Origin: a virus
Length of the DNA: 64,000 nt
Direction: 5' to 3' (one strand)
IMG/VR virus record: IMGVR_UViG_3300046311_000263
Span: 13,376 to 77,375 of that record
In this document: piece by piece, positions 1 through 10,552 of the stretch
Position numbering within the stretch: position 1 is the stretch's first letter
Layout of the letters: the number at the start of each line of letters is the position of its first letter
The notes under the pieces: generated by a model
What the model was told of the DNA's origin: nothing
The model's database searches: none
What the model saw: the letters and a program-made list of their open reading frames with translations, nothing else
Program-made: the position numbers and the translations under genes

Positions 1-1913
1 TAGACAATAGAGAAGAAGCTAAAGCATTCTTACTGGAAATTCTACACAGTGATGCCCCGGCAGTAGCAACAGATACTGAAACAACTGCACTTTACCCTAG
101 GGATGGGCATATTTTAGGTATGTCTCTATCCTATAAAAAGGGTTATGGTAGATATATTTTATCAGATGTTTTAGACGACGAACTATTAGGTATATATCAA
201 GAAATTGTTGATACCAAGGAAATTGTATTTCATAACCTGAAATTTGACTTCAAAATGATAGAATATCATTTTGGCATTAAATTTCGCAGAGACCATGTTC
301 ACGATACAATGGTTATGCACTACATTCTAGACGAAAACGGATCACACGGTTTAAAGCCTTTGGCGCTTAAATACACGGAATACGGAGATTACGATGCGGA
401 TCTATCCGAATTTATTTCATCGTACTGTTCTACCCATTCAATTCTTCGAGACGATTTTACTTGGGATTTAATTCCGTTTGAAATTATTTCCTTATACGCG
501 GCTATAGACCCTACAGCTACTCTAGAACTTTATTATAAGTTCAGGCCTATTATAGATGGAAACGTAAAGTTTAGCTCGGTTTATTACAAGCTACTATTAC
601 CAGGTACTTTGTTTCTTAATGATATGGAAGAAGTAGGTATACCTATTAGTATTAAGCGTATGAGAGTAGCCGATACCTATCTAGATAACGAGATTGATGC
701 GGCTAGGTTAGCTATTTATGAGTTTCCTGAAATAGCTTTGTTTGAGCAAGAGCAAGGAGTGATCTTTAACCCTAACTCTGTTCAGCAGCTACGTAAGGTA
801 TTGTTTGACTATCTAAACCTTACTCCTACAGGTAAGCTAACAGCAACGGGGGCTATCTCTACTGACGCAGAAGTATTAGAACAGTTGAGTGAAGACCACC
901 CTCTTCCGGCGGCTATTCTTAAAGTGCGTCAACTTACTAAGATTAAAAATACTTACATAAGTAAAATTCTGCCTCAGATAGATAGAGATGGTAGAATTCG
1001 TACAAACTTCAATCTTATATTTACTACTTCTGGTAGACTGTCTAGTAGTGGTAAATTTAACGCGCAACAAATACCTAGAGACAATCCAATCATTAAGGGC
1101 TGTATCGTAGCCCCTGATGGGTATAAAATAGTCTCTCAGGACTTGCAAACAGGGGAGATGTATTACGCAGCTGTACTGAGCGGAGATAAAAATCTACAAA
1201 AAGTATTCGTGGATAAGGGTGGAGACTTCCACAGCAGTATTGCTAAAATGGTATTTGATTTACCCTGCGAAGCTAAGGACGTTAAAGAACTATACCCAGA
1301 CATGAGACAGTCTGCTAAAGCTATTTCTTTTGGTATTCTGTATGGATCGGGCCCACAAAAAGTAAGTGACACTGTTAGTAAAGCAACCGGTGAGTACTAT
1401 GGTATTGATAGAGCTAAGGAAGATATTAGCACTTATTTTACTAAATTCAATAAGTTAAAGAAGTGGCTAAAAGATAGAGAAAGTTTTATACGAGCTAATG
1501 GGTTTACATATTCCTTCTTTGGTCGTAAGCGTAGACTAATCAATGTATTTTCTTCTGATAAGGGTATTGCAGCACACGAAGTTCGCTCAGGAATTAACTC
1601 TGAAGTACAGTCTATTTGTTCCGATGTTAACTTACTAGGAGCAATAGATACTGCTAACGCTATTAAGCATCTAGATGCTAAGATATTCATGTTAGTACAC
1701 GACTCTATTGTCGCTATAGTTAAAGATGAAGATGTTGAAGAGTATTGCGCTATACTTCGTAGAGAAACTCAAAAAGATCGAGGCTGCTCTATTCCGATGA
1801 CTCCAATCGGAGTAGATCAAGAAGTAGGACAGGACTATTCATTTGGAAAATTTGACAAGTATTACAGCTTTGAGTCAGGTAGCTTATCCCGTATTCCTGT
1901 TGGGCCTAAGTAA
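1..1913 (+). CDS. pol: Family A DNA polymerase (5'-truncated at window edge)
   Basis: Frame is open from position 3 and includes exonuclease I motif DTET; motif A DLQTGEM, motif B RQSAKAISFGILYG, motif C VHDS; T5 synteny. Confidence 0.97.
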   Translation, partial: DNREEAKAFLLEILHSDAPAVATDTETTALYPRDGHILGMSLSYKKGYGRYILSDVLDDELLGIYQEIVDTKEIVFHNLKFDFKMIEYHFGIKFRRDHVHDTMVMHYILDENGSHGLKPLALKYTEYGDYDADLSEFISSYCSTHSILRDDFTWDLIPFEIISLYAAIDPTATLELYYKFRPIIDGNVKFSSVYYKLLLPGTLFLNDMEEVGIPISIKRMRVADTYLDNEIDAARLAIYEFPEIALFEQEQGVIFNPNSVQQLRKVLFDYLNLTPTGKLTATGAISTDAEVLEQLSEDHPLPAAILKVRQLTKIKNTYISKILPQIDRDGRIRTNFNLIFTTSGRLSSSGKFNAQQIPRDNPIIKGCIVAPDGYKIVSQDLQTGEMYYAAVLSGDKNLQKVFVDKGGDFHSSIAKMVFDLPCEAKDVKELYPDMRQSAKAISFGILYGSGPQKVSDTVSKATGEYYGIDRAKEDISTYFTKFNKLKKWLKDRESFIRANGFTYSFFGRKRRLINVFSSDKGIAAHEVRSGINSEVQSICSDVNLLGAIDTANAIKHLDAKIFMLVHDSIVAIVKDEDVEEYCAILRRETQKDRGCSIPMTPIGVDQEVGQDYSFGKFDKYYSFESGSLSRIPVGPK

Positions 1914-2391
1914 ACCACTTACAGTAGATAAAGTAACTTTTTATGCTACAATACACGAAGAAGACGGGAAAACAATAACTAATATAGTTATTGTTGATGA
2001 CAAAAATATAGAGGGGGACACTCTCGGACTTAGAAGGGTGTCCCTTCTACGCGACGGAGTACGCATGCGTAGATTAAGTAAAGCTATATTTTTTTTAGGC
2101 GACATGATTAAATTGGCTACTAGTAAAACCTGGTTTATAGATAATAATGGGATGGTTTTTAACTACAAGAAAACTCAGTCCGCTAAGCTAAACTTTAAAC
2201 GAATTAGTAAAGTAATTCCTATTTCTACAGGTGGTGCCTTATTAGAATTGGAAGGTTCTACTGCCAGGTATAAATCGCTCTATGCGCCAACACCCCAAGA
2301 GAAATACGCCGGAATTCTAACAATAGGAGCAATGTCTATATTGTACGGCGTTTACGACACTAAGTATGATAACACCACTAGACGAATATGA
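1843..2391 (+). CDS. Conserved T5-like hypothetical protein downstream of pol
   Basis: 182-aa ORF overlapping pol and next gene; start uncertain. Confidence 0.75.
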   Translation: MENLTSITALSQVAYPVFLLGLSKPLTVDKVTFYATIHEEDGKTITNIVIVDDKNIEGDTLGLRRVSLLRDGVRMRRLSKAIFFLGDMIKLATSKTWFIDNNGMVFNYKKTQSAKLNFKRISKVIPISTGGALLELEGSTARYKSLYAPTPQEKYAGILTIGAMSILYGVYDTKYDNTTRRI

Positions 2392-2738
2392 AACTAATTG
2401 TAGCAGGTAGTAGAACTATTACCGATGAAGAATACGTACATAGATTAATTTATTTATGGGATTCTACCGTTGCTCCTATAACTGAGATAGTATCGGGTGG
2501 AGCTGCGGGAGTGGATCGTTTAGGAGAATCCTACGCTAAAGCTTTCGGTGTACCTTTAGTAGTAATGCCTGCTGAATGGGCTAAGTATGGTAGAAAAGCT
2601 GGAATAATGCGTAATCTGGATATGGCTAGATATGCGGACGGCTTACTAGCTGTATGGGATGGCACTAGTAAAGGTACCGGCAACATGATTGATACTGCTA
2701 GACGTATGGGCCTTATAACTAGAGCAAATATATATTGA
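2388..2738 (+). CDS. SLOG-family (YspA/DUF2493-like) protein
   Basis: IVAGSR, IVSGGAAGVD, AGIMRN, WDGTSKGT motifs. Confidence 0.85.
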   Translation: MKLIVAGSRTITDEEYVHRLIYLWDSTVAPITEIVSGGAAGVDRLGESYAKAFGVPLVVMPAEWAKYGRKAGIMRNLDMARYADGLLAVWDGTSKGTGNMIDTARRMGLITRANIY

Positions 2739-4027
2739 AAGCCGTAATATCAAATAGAATCTACTTAGGTAAGCCTAAGGAAGGTTTCGATTCTATAAAA
2801 CAAGCCCTTACATATAAATTAGAGCAAAAGTATGGTTCGCAAGGTAGTGTAAAAAAGCATATAGAAATTATACGTAATTACACTAGTTTTCCTAGAGATG
2901 TGTTAAGTATACCGCAAGGTAGACTTGATCTTATTCCTGAAGACTATGAAATTGTTGACAAAAGAGTTACTAATTCTATGCCTTTTCCGACTCCGCGGCT
3001 ACAGCTACGAGATGACCAAAAGCTAGTATTTGATGAGCTGGAAGACACCTGCTTTATAAATGCGTTACCTGGTTGGGGTAAGACATTTATAGCGTTATAC
3101 GCAGCAATGAAACTAGGTCAGAAAACGCTTATCATAACGCATAATACATTTCTACGAGATCAGTGGATAAGCGAAGTAGAAAAGCTATTTGGTATGCAGG
3201 CAGGTATAATAGGCTCTAGTAGTTACGATATAGATCACGTTATTGTAGTGGCTAATATTCAGACATTTACTAAGTATGCACAAGAGTTAAGCAAAGAGTT
3301 TGGCACTGTAATAATGGATGAGGCTCACCACTGCCCTGCTTCTACATTTACTACAGCTATAGATATAATGCATGCTAGATATCGTATAGGATTAAGTGGT
3401 ACAATGAAACGAAAAGACGGCAAACATATAATGTTTGCTGATTACTTTGGAAATAAAGTATTTGTGCCTCCTCAAAATAATACAGTAAATCCTACTGTCA
3501 AACTACTACGTACAGGAGTATCCTTAACTCCAGGAGCTGTATGGGCCAAAAAGATAAATAATCTACTTTACGATCCAGATTACCAAGAATACGTAGCTAT
3601 TATAGCTAAAACGCAGGCTGCTATGGGACATAAAGTACTAGTAGTAGCCGATAGAACAGAATTTTTACAGAATATAAAGGATATTATAGGTGAAAAATGT
3701 GTGCTGGCTATTGGCGAAACCTCACTTGAGGAACGTAACGGAATCGAATCAAAACTTGAAAGTGGCAAAGCTTCCATCGTTGCTGGTTCGAGACAAATAT
3801 TCTCGGAAGGTATCTCAGTAAATATTCTTAGCTGTCTAATTTTAGCTACTCCTATATCTAACGAGGCGCTATTAGAACAATTAGCCGGACGTATTATGAG
3901 AAGGCACCCTAATAAATTAGACCCTATTATTATAGACCTACAGTTTTCTGGCCCCGCAGACAAGAAACAGAATAATGTTCGTCTGGGTCTTTATATGGAT
4001 AAAGGCTGGGAAGTAGTTAGCATATAA
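2735..4027 (+). CDS. D10: SF2 ATP-dependent helicase (T5 D10-like)
   Basis: Walker A PGWGKT, DEAHH, LSGT, QLAGRIMR. Confidence 0.93.
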   Translation: MKAVISNRIYLGKPKEGFDSIKQALTYKLEQKYGSQGSVKKHIEIIRNYTSFPRDVLSIPQGRLDLIPEDYEIVDKRVTNSMPFPTPRLQLRDDQKLVFDELEDTCFINALPGWGKTFIALYAAMKLGQKTLIITHNTFLRDQWISEVEKLFGMQAGIIGSSSYDIDHVIVVANIQTFTKYAQELSKEFGTVIMDEAHHCPASTFTTAIDIMHARYRIGLSGTMKRKDGKHIMFADYFGNKVFVPPQNNTVNPTVKLLRTGVSLTPGAVWAKKINNLLYDPDYQEYVAIIAKTQAAMGHKVLVVADRTEFLQNIKDIIGEKCVLAIGETSLEERNGIESKLESGKASIVAGSRQIFSEGISVNILSCLILATPISNEALLEQLAGRIMRRHPNKLDPIIIDLQFSGPADKKQNNVRLGLYMDKGWEVVSI

Positions 4028-4036
4028 AATTTATAC

Positions 4037-4065
4037 TTGCATATGCAAGTTGTAAATGGTATAAT
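4037..4065 (+). promoter_or_regulatory. sigma70-type promoter
   Basis: TTGCAT-17 bp-TATAAT with extended TG. Confidence 0.8.
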
Positions 4066-4085
4066 AAATGTTCGATGAGGCAGTT

Positions 4086-4514
4086 ATGGCTTTAATGTTT
4101 AACCTTTATAATTTAGAGCTAGAAGCTGCAGGTAGTGATAGTCGTTTTATATCACTATTATCGAATCACTATTATAAGAAAATACCTAAAAAACAACATT
4201 TAATACCTAAACTAAATCTATACGGAAATAGTTTCATAGTATGGCCGGAGCCTTTATTTAATGCTCCTAAACACTTTGAGACTTCTTTAATCATACAATA
4301 TATAAAACTAGCAGGTAGACGAGACTATACTCTATTCAAAGAGTACGGTGTTTTAAGTTTACCTAAGTCTTATTATCCTGATTTAGATTATTCCAGTCTA
4401 GTATTAAATCCACTATTAAAAATCACTAGAACAGATATTCTGTTTAAATTTGAAGAGCAAATAAGGAAAGAAAATGGCATTAGCATTCGGCAATACTCAA
4501 GGCAAAGCGATTAA
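4086..4514 (+). CDS. Hypothetical protein
   Basis: ORF with GAGG SD before ATG 4086, upstream of D11. Confidence 0.75.
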   Translation: MALMFNLYNLELEAAGSDSRFISLLSNHYYKKIPKKQHLIPKLNLYGNSFIVWPEPLFNAPKHFETSLIIQYIKLAGRRDYTLFKEYGVLSLPKSYYPDLDYSSLVLNPLLKITRTDILFKFEEQIRKENGISIRQYSRQSD

Positions 4515-5115
4515 GTCTCAGGTAGACTCATACAAGTACGTTGATGGCGATAACGTTGTACGTATTTTTGGCGGCATTTTGCCGCGATATCTATATTGGT
4601 TAAAGGGTACTAATAATAAAGATATCCCTGTTGAGTGCCTAGCATTTGATCGTGAGAAGGAAAAGTTCAACAACTTAGTAGTTGATCACGTTCCAGAGTT
4701 TTACCCTGATCTTAAGTGCAGCTGGTCGTACAGTATTAACTGTATTGACGTTAAGAATGGCGGAGCTGTTAAGGTACTGAACCTTAAGAAGAAGCTGTTT
4801 GAACAAATCAAAACCGCAGCGGAAGAATTAGGTGATCCTACAGATCCTGAAACAGGGTGGGATATTGTGTTCAAGCGAGTTAAAACTGGCCCGCACACTT
4901 TCAACGTTGAGTATACCTTAGCCGCCCTGAAGTGCAAGCGTCGTGCACTAACGGCTGAAGAGCTAGCCGCAATTGCTGCGGATCCGGGTATTGACGCTAA
5001 GTACCCTAGGGCAACTCCGGAAGAAGTATTAGCCACTTTAGAAAAGATCGCTAAGGGCGCTCAAGCCGAGGAAGAAGTTCCCGCTGAAGCTGCCGAAGCC
5101 GTATCGGATCTATAA
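4474..5115 (+). CDS. D11: D11-like putative ssDNA-binding protein
   Basis: GDPTDPETGWDIVFKRVKTGP motif, acidic C-terminal tail, T5 synteny. Confidence 0.85.
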   Translation: MALAFGNTQGKAIKSQVDSYKYVDGDNVVRIFGGILPRYLYWLKGTNNKDIPVECLAFDREKEKFNNLVVDHVPEFYPDLKCSWSYSINCIDVKNGGAVKVLNLKKKLFEQIKTAAEELGDPTDPETGWDIVFKRVKTGPHTFNVEYTLAALKCKRRALTAEELAAIAADPGIDAKYPRATPEEVLATLEKIAKGAQAEEEVPAEAAEAVSDL

Positions 5116-5120
5116 AAATA

Positions 5121-5157
5121 AAAAGCCCCCTAAGGTTGAGCCTATAGGGGGCTTTTC
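5121..5157 (+). terminator. Intrinsic terminator
   Basis: AAAAGCCCCCTA...TAGGGGGCTTTT hairpin. Confidence 0.8.
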
Positions 5158-5174
5158 TCACTGGAGATACATAA

Positions 5175-5564
5175 ATGCACATTACTGATTTTATAAAAGA
5201 TGCTAGAAAGTATATGGTGGACACCTCTAGTACTTGCAATTATATAGGTCTTACACAACAAATTCGACAATACAGAACTATAGCATTACAGCTACCTAGA
5301 GGCAGTGGTAAAACTTACGCAGCTAATAAAATACATACCAGTACGTCTTCCTTAATGTATGGCAACTACTTAAGTAGTTATTTTGATTACGAAGTTGAAA
5401 GACGTAAATTCATGGGACGTAGTTTTAGTGGATTAAAACTAAATTGCGTTATATTTGATGAATATAGAGAGACTCCAGAAGATTTCTATAAATTACTACT
5501 TAGTGTTTTAATACCTGCTAGATTAGTGTCGGAAGACTTTCATATAATTAGATTATACACATGA
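5175..5564 (+). CDS. Short P-loop protein
   Basis: PRGSGKT Walker A and VIFDE Walker B in 129 aa. Confidence 0.6.
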   Translation: MHITDFIKDARKYMVDTSSTCNYIGLTQQIRQYRTIALQLPRGSGKTYAANKIHTSTSSLMYGNYLSSYFDYEVERRKFMGRSFSGLKLNCVIFDEYRETPEDFYKLLLSVLIPARLVSEDFHIIRLYT

Positions 5565-6508
5565 AAATACTATTCACAGCAGACATTCATTTAAAGTTAG
5601 GACAGAAGGGTGTACCTACGGAATGGTCAAAAAATAGATTTAAGTTATTCTTTAGTCAACTCAAAGATCTCAGCGCCAAGGTAGATTTAACCATACTAGG
5701 TGGGGATATTTTTGATAAGATACCTAGTATGGAAGAATTAGAGCTATACTACGATCTAATAGAAGCTATACAATCCAAGTGTTTTATCTATAGTGGGAAT
5801 CATGAGGCTCTTAAGAAAAATACTACCTTTCTTACTAATCTAAAGAAAGTAACTAGTAGACTGAATCCTAAGATACAGATTATTGATGATTTCTATAGCT
5901 ACGAGAATATAGACTTCATTCCCTATAATAAGCTGAAAGAGTATCATCCGGCGGATATAGATTTTCACGGAGATATTTTATGCACTCACGTAAGAGGAGA
6001 AATACCGCCCCATGTCAAGCCTGAGGTTTCCCTGGAATTATTTGATAGATGGCAAGTGGTCCTCGCTGGTGATCTCCATTCTTATGATAATTGCCAGCGC
6101 AATATTCTTTATCCTGGATCCCCCGTCACTACTTCATTCCATCGCAGCCGTGTCGATACGGGTGTTATCATTATTGATACTACTACACTTGATCATAGGT
6201 GGGTCAAGCTCGAACTTCCGCAACTTATTCGTAAAACAATCCGAGCAGGCGAGCCAATGCCAGCCGGAGAATACGATCACGTAGTATATGAAGTAGAAGG
6301 TGATGTAAGTGAGCTTTCTATGATTGAAAGCAGCGAACTAGTTGATAAGAAAGTTTTACGTAGAGTATCAGATATAGCTCTAATACTAGCAGCTGATATG
6401 AGTCTAGCTGATGAAGTACGCGAGTACTTACTATATATTCTAGAATTAGACGAGTACAAGGTTAACGAATTAATAATGGAGTTTTCGAAATATGTCGACC
6501 ATGACTAA
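5561..6508 (+). CDS. D12: SbcD/Mre11-like recombination nuclease (D12)
   Basis: Metallophosphoesterase motifs DIH, GGDIFD, GNHE, GDLH, YPGSP. Confidence 0.93.
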   Translation: MKILFTADIHLKLGQKGVPTEWSKNRFKLFFSQLKDLSAKVDLTILGGDIFDKIPSMEELELYYDLIEAIQSKCFIYSGNHEALKKNTTFLTNLKKVTSRLNPKIQIIDDFYSYENIDFIPYNKLKEYHPADIDFHGDILCTHVRGEIPPHVKPEVSLELFDRWQVVLAGDLHSYDNCQRNILYPGSPVTTSFHRSRVDTGVIIIDTTTLDHRWVKLELPQLIRKTIRAGEPMPAGEYDHVVYEVEGDVSELSMIESSELVDKKVLRRVSDIALILAADMSLADEVREYLLYILELDEYKVNELIMEFSKYVDHD

Positions 6509-6737
6509 TATAATTGTATGGGGCCAAGCCAATTGCAGGTATTGTGATATGGCCAAACGCCTATTAGATTCTAAAGGATTAGCTTACGAGTATAGAGCTA
6601 TAATGGGTATTGATAGCAAAAAAGAGTTTTTCGAAGCTACTAACGGTGCTAAATCTATACCGCAGATACTTATCAATGGTAAGTTGATAGGCGGATACGA
6701 GCAACTAAGGGCTCTTATTAATGACCAGATTAATTAA
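6492..6737 (+). CDS. Glutaredoxin
   Basis: CRYC active site, SIPQI cis-Pro motif, IGGY. Confidence 0.92.
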   Translation: MSTMTNIIVWGQANCRYCDMAKRLLDSKGLAYEYRAIMGIDSKKEFFEATNGAKSIPQILINGKLIGGYEQLRALINDQIN

Positions 6738-8511
6738 ACTTAGATGGTCTAACGCTTTTTCATATGGAGATAACAACTCCATAAGTTTAGACGCATGCCC
6801 TTTATTACAATTAGTAGGCAAAAACGGACACGGTAAAAGCAGTATCGCTTCTATTCTAGAAGAAGTTTTATTTAATAAAAACTCTAAAGGTATAAAGCGT
6901 ACCAATGTACTAAATAGATATGTTAAGTCTAAGAGCTACACTATTAGTCTTGATTTTGAGAATAATGGGAGTCTGTATACTATTACTACTACAAGAGGTA
7001 GTACGCAGACAGTAGTGCTAACAAAAGACGGAAAAGATATAAGTGGACATACCTCTACAGCAACGTACAAGCTGATAGAAGAAATACTCGGTATCGATCA
7101 TAAAGCTTTCTCACAGATAGTGTATCAAAGCGATCCATTTAGTTTAGAGTTTTTAACTGCTACAGATACTAATCGTAAAAAGTTTTTAATCGATCTACTG
7201 AATCTAACCAAATATACTAAGGCTGCCGAATTCTTTAAACTACAGCTAAAAGAGCTTAATAAAGAACTAGAGATAACACAAGCTAAGCTAAATTCAGTTA
7301 AGTCATGGATTGCCAAATTTAAAAATGAAGACCTAATTCCTATAGAATTAGTAACAATACCAGAAAAAGATACTATAAGCCCAACTACTCTAGCCGCAAA
7401 ACAGTTAGATCTTAGTAAGCTAGAAAGTACTAATAAAAAGATCGTACAAAATAATAAGTATATTCAGCTATTATCAAGTATATCTTTTACATCTGTCAGC
7501 GCCCCTAATATAGATCTTACCGAAATAGGTGTTAGGTTAGCTACTGCTAAAAGTCATGTAACTAAGCTACAAACTGGAATATCTGGCGCAGGACCTATTT
7601 TATCCAAATGCCCTAGCTGCGGGCAGGCTATAGATAGTAGCCACAAGAAAAAAATAGTAGAAGAGTGCACAGCAGCATTGCCAGCAGCAAAACAGTTAGT
7701 ATCAACTATTACTACTGAAAAACTAGCAGCAGAAAAGTTACTAGAAGAATATAACACTTCTCTAACTAAACAGGCGGAGATTGAAAAGTATCACGCATTA
7801 ATAGACAAAACTTTACCGCTAACACAGTTAGTAGCTTCTATTATCGAAGACGAAATTAAACTGTTAAAAGCAAATATAGATGCAAACTCTAGTGCTATAG
7901 ATAAGGCTAGTAAGCACAATCAGCGCGCTTCGGCGCACAACGCTAGGGTAGAAGTAATGCTTACTCAAAAAGACTCTATGGAGAAAGACTTAGAGAAGTT
8001 AACGGTTCAGGAAAAGGAACAGTTAATTAGGGTATCTAATCTACAAATACTTATTAAAACGTTTAGCCCTACAGGGCTGGTAGCATATAAGATAGAAACC
8101 TTAGTCAAAGATCTAGAAGATATTACTAATAAATATCTATTGGATATGAGCGATGGTAGATTCCAACTAGGCTTTAAGATTACATCTGCGGATAAGTTAG
8201 ATGTAATTATAACTGATAACGGTGTAGATATTGATATATTTGCACTAAGTAATGGCGAATTAGCAAGAGTCAACGTATCTACTCTGCTAGCTATCAGAAA
8301 GCTTATGCAGTCGTTGTCTAATACAACTATTAATTTACTTATATTAGACGAAACCGTAGAGTCCTTAGATGTAGACGGAAAAGAAAGATTAGTAGAAGTT
8401 CTATTAAAAGAAGAACATTTAAATACTATTCTTGTCAGCCATGGGTTCTCTCATCCATTACTAGAAAAAATTAATGTAGTAAAGGAGAATAATGTATCAA
8501 GGATTGAATAA
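6721..8511 (+). CDS. D13: SbcC/Rad50-like ATPase (D13)
   Basis: GKNGHGKS, coiled coils, CPSC zinc hook, LSNGE signature, LILDE. Confidence 0.94.
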   Translation: MTRLIKLRWSNAFSYGDNNSISLDACPLLQLVGKNGHGKSSIASILEEVLFNKNSKGIKRTNVLNRYVKSKSYTISLDFENNGSLYTITTTRGSTQTVVLTKDGKDISGHTSTATYKLIEEILGIDHKAFSQIVYQSDPFSLEFLTATDTNRKKFLIDLLNLTKYTKAAEFFKLQLKELNKELEITQAKLNSVKSWIAKFKNEDLIPIELVTIPEKDTISPTTLAAKQLDLSKLESTNKKIVQNNKYIQLLSSISFTSVSAPNIDLTEIGVRLATAKSHVTKLQTGISGAGPILSKCPSCGQAIDSSHKKKIVEECTAALPAAKQLVSTITTEKLAAEKLLEEYNTSLTKQAEIEKYHALIDKTLPLTQLVASIIEDEIKLLKANIDANSSAIDKASKHNQRASAHNARVEVMLTQKDSMEKDLEKLTVQEKEQLIRVSNLQILIKTFSPTGLVAYKIETLVKDLEDITNKYLLDMSDGRFQLGFKITSADKLDVIITDNGVDIDIFALSNGELARVNVSTLLAIRKLMQSLSNTTINLLILDETVESLDVDGKERLVEVLLKEEHLNTILVSHGFSHPLLEKINVVKENNVSRIE

Positions 8512-8963
8512 TGGTAGATGTAAGAGCTAAAGGCGCTAAAGCAGAAACGGACGTACGTAATATACTTAGGAAACACACTGGACTATCGTGGGAACGAACT
8601 CCTGGGTCGGGCGCTTTAGATCCTAAGCATCTGCTGAAAGGAGATTTATACGTACCGGGGGAATCTAACCTATATTGTGTAGAAGTTAAGCACTACGCCG
8701 AAGATCATATAAACAGTGGTATACTGACTCATAAGCTACCTCAAGTTATAGAATGGTGGCAGCAAACATCAAGGCAAGGTATTCAGGTAGGCAGAAAACC
8801 TGTCTTGATTTTTAAGTTCAATCGTAGTAAAATATTTGTTAGCTACGAGGATATGCCAAACTCCGACTACAGATACATCTTTATCAAAGTAGGTGAGCAT
8901 GAATTATATATTGCACTTCTAGAAGATTGGCTATTACATGATAACCCTAAATTTATAAAATGA
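8511..8963 (+). CDS. D14: D14-like PD-(D/E)xK nuclease, putative Holliday junction resolvase
   Basis: KGAKAE, PGSGA, GDL, VEVK motifs; synteny. Confidence 0.85.
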   Translation: MVDVRAKGAKAETDVRNILRKHTGLSWERTPGSGALDPKHLLKGDLYVPGESNLYCVEVKHYAEDHINSGILTHKLPQVIEWWQQTSRQGIQVGRKPVLIFKFNRSKIFVSYEDMPNSDYRYIFIKVGEHELYIALLEDWLLHDNPKFIK

Positions 8964-9814
8964 CAGTAAGCTTTAAACAAATGACTACCGCTGAGCCAAA
9001 TACAGTAATGGTGGTAGACGCCCTAAATTTAGCATTTAGATATAAACACTCTAAAGCTAAAAGTTTCGTAGATGATTACTTACATACAGTAGATAGCTTG
9101 AAAAAATCTTATAAAGCAGCTAAAGTTATTATTACCTGCGATGCTGGTAGTAGCTCCTATAGAAAAAACTTATTTCCTGAATATAAGCAAAATCGTAAAG
9201 ATAAACAAGAAACACAAACTGAACAAGAACGCGCAGAATTCGAGGTATTCTTTGAAGAGTTTATGAGAGTTATGGATGTGTATGCCGAGGGGCATGACTA
9301 CCCACTACTACGTTTTGATAAATGCGAAGCAGACGACATTGCCGCTTATATAGTAAACAAGCGTAGAAAAAAGAACAAGATATGGCTTATTAGTTCAGAT
9401 AAAGACTGGGATCTGCTTATAAGTGAGTCTGTATCTAGATTTTCCTATGTAACTAGAAAGCAGATAACTTATGATAACTGGCATGAGCATTATGATTATA
9501 GCATCGATGATCATATTAGTATTAAGTGTCTTACTGGCGACACTGGCGACAACATACCTGGCGTATCAGGTATTGGCCCTAAAAAAGCCTTTGCACTTGT
9601 TCAAGAATTCGGCTCTACTTACGATATTATTGCATCTTTGCCCATATCTAGCAAGTATAAGCATATTGCTAACCTTAATGACTTTGGGGCTGAAGCACTA
9701 CTTCTTAACTATAGGCTAATGGATTTACAGTCTAATTGTGCAGAAGCGTTAGGCGAAGAAAACTGTGCCACTATTGATAAAGTCTTAAAGGAATATTTAG
9801 ATGGAAATAATTGA
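8960..9814 (+). CDS. D15: 5'-3' exonuclease/flap endonuclease (D15)
   Basis: VDALNLAFR, EADD, SSDKD, GDTGDNIPGVSGIGPK H3TH motif. Confidence 0.95.
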   Translation: MTVSFKQMTTAEPNTVMVVDALNLAFRYKHSKAKSFVDDYLHTVDSLKKSYKAAKVIITCDAGSSSYRKNLFPEYKQNRKDKQETQTEQERAEFEVFFEEFMRVMDVYAEGHDYPLLRFDKCEADDIAAYIVNKRRKKNKIWLISSDKDWDLLISESVSRFSYVTRKQITYDNWHEHYDYSIDDHISIKCLTGDTGDNIPGVSGIGPKKAFALVQEFGSTYDIIASLPISSKYKHIANLNDFGAEALLLNYRLMDLQSNCAEALGEENCATIDKVLKEYLDGNN

Positions 9815-10124
9815 TAACGCTATTAAAAAAGCAATTCTATTAAGACAGGATTACGCAAATCATGTAGTATACGGAGAATTGCTGGCTACTTGCCTAATAC
9901 TAGGATCCCTAGTATTAATGTTATTAGCTAGGTCTATGTCTGATTTATGGTGGGTGCCTCCGGCGGTGTCTATGACTATCGTAGCTGCCTTAGCTGCTTT
10001 TAAAGAAGTCTATAGTGTTTATAGTGGCAAAGGCGAAGCCTCTGGAAAAGATTTTTTATACACTATGTACGGAGCAGTACTAGTTAATTTAGTGTACATA
10101 TTAGGAGTTGTAGTAGTTAAATGA
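9801..10124 (+). CDS. Small membrane protein
   Basis: Three hydrophobic segments. Confidence 0.7.
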   Translation: MEIIDNAIKKAILLRQDYANHVVYGELLATCLILGSLVLMLLARSMSDLWWVPPAVSMTIVAALAAFKEVYSVYSGKGEASGKDFLYTMYGAVLVNLVYILGVVVVK

Positions 10125-10552
10125 ATATAGATATTAAAGTAAGTAGTCCAATGCTGACGCCGGTTAGAGCCCATCCGTCAGATGCAGGAGCAGACCTAAA
10201 ATGCACTAGTGACTATGTATTAATGCCAGGTCAACATTCCTCTATGTTAGATACGGGAGTAGCTGTTAAAATACCTGTTGGTTATGTAGGATTGGTGTTT
10301 AGTCGATCTAGTCAAGGAGTAACTGGAGTAAGGCTAGCGAATAGCGTAGGCGTAATTGATTCCGACTACAGAGGTAATATAAAAGTAATTCTAGCTAATG
10401 ACGGTACTGTTCCGTATAAAATAGAAGCAGGTTCAACAAAAATCGCCCAACTAGTAATAGTACCTATTGTACTAGCTAATTTTATTGTACAGAATGATTC
10501 TGATTGGAATAATACTGTTCGTGGAGTTAATGGGTTTGGGAGCACTAATTAA
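10121..10552 (+). CDS. dut: Trimeric dUTPase
   Basis: AGADL, SRSS, GVIDSDYRG, IAQL, RGVNGFGST. Confidence 0.96.
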   Translation: MNIDIKVSSPMLTPVRAHPSDAGADLKCTSDYVLMPGQHSSMLDTGVAVKIPVGYVGLVFSRSSQGVTGVRLANSVGVIDSDYRGNIKVILANDGTVPYKIEAGSTKIAQLVIVPIVLANFIVQNDSDWNNTVRGVNGFGSTN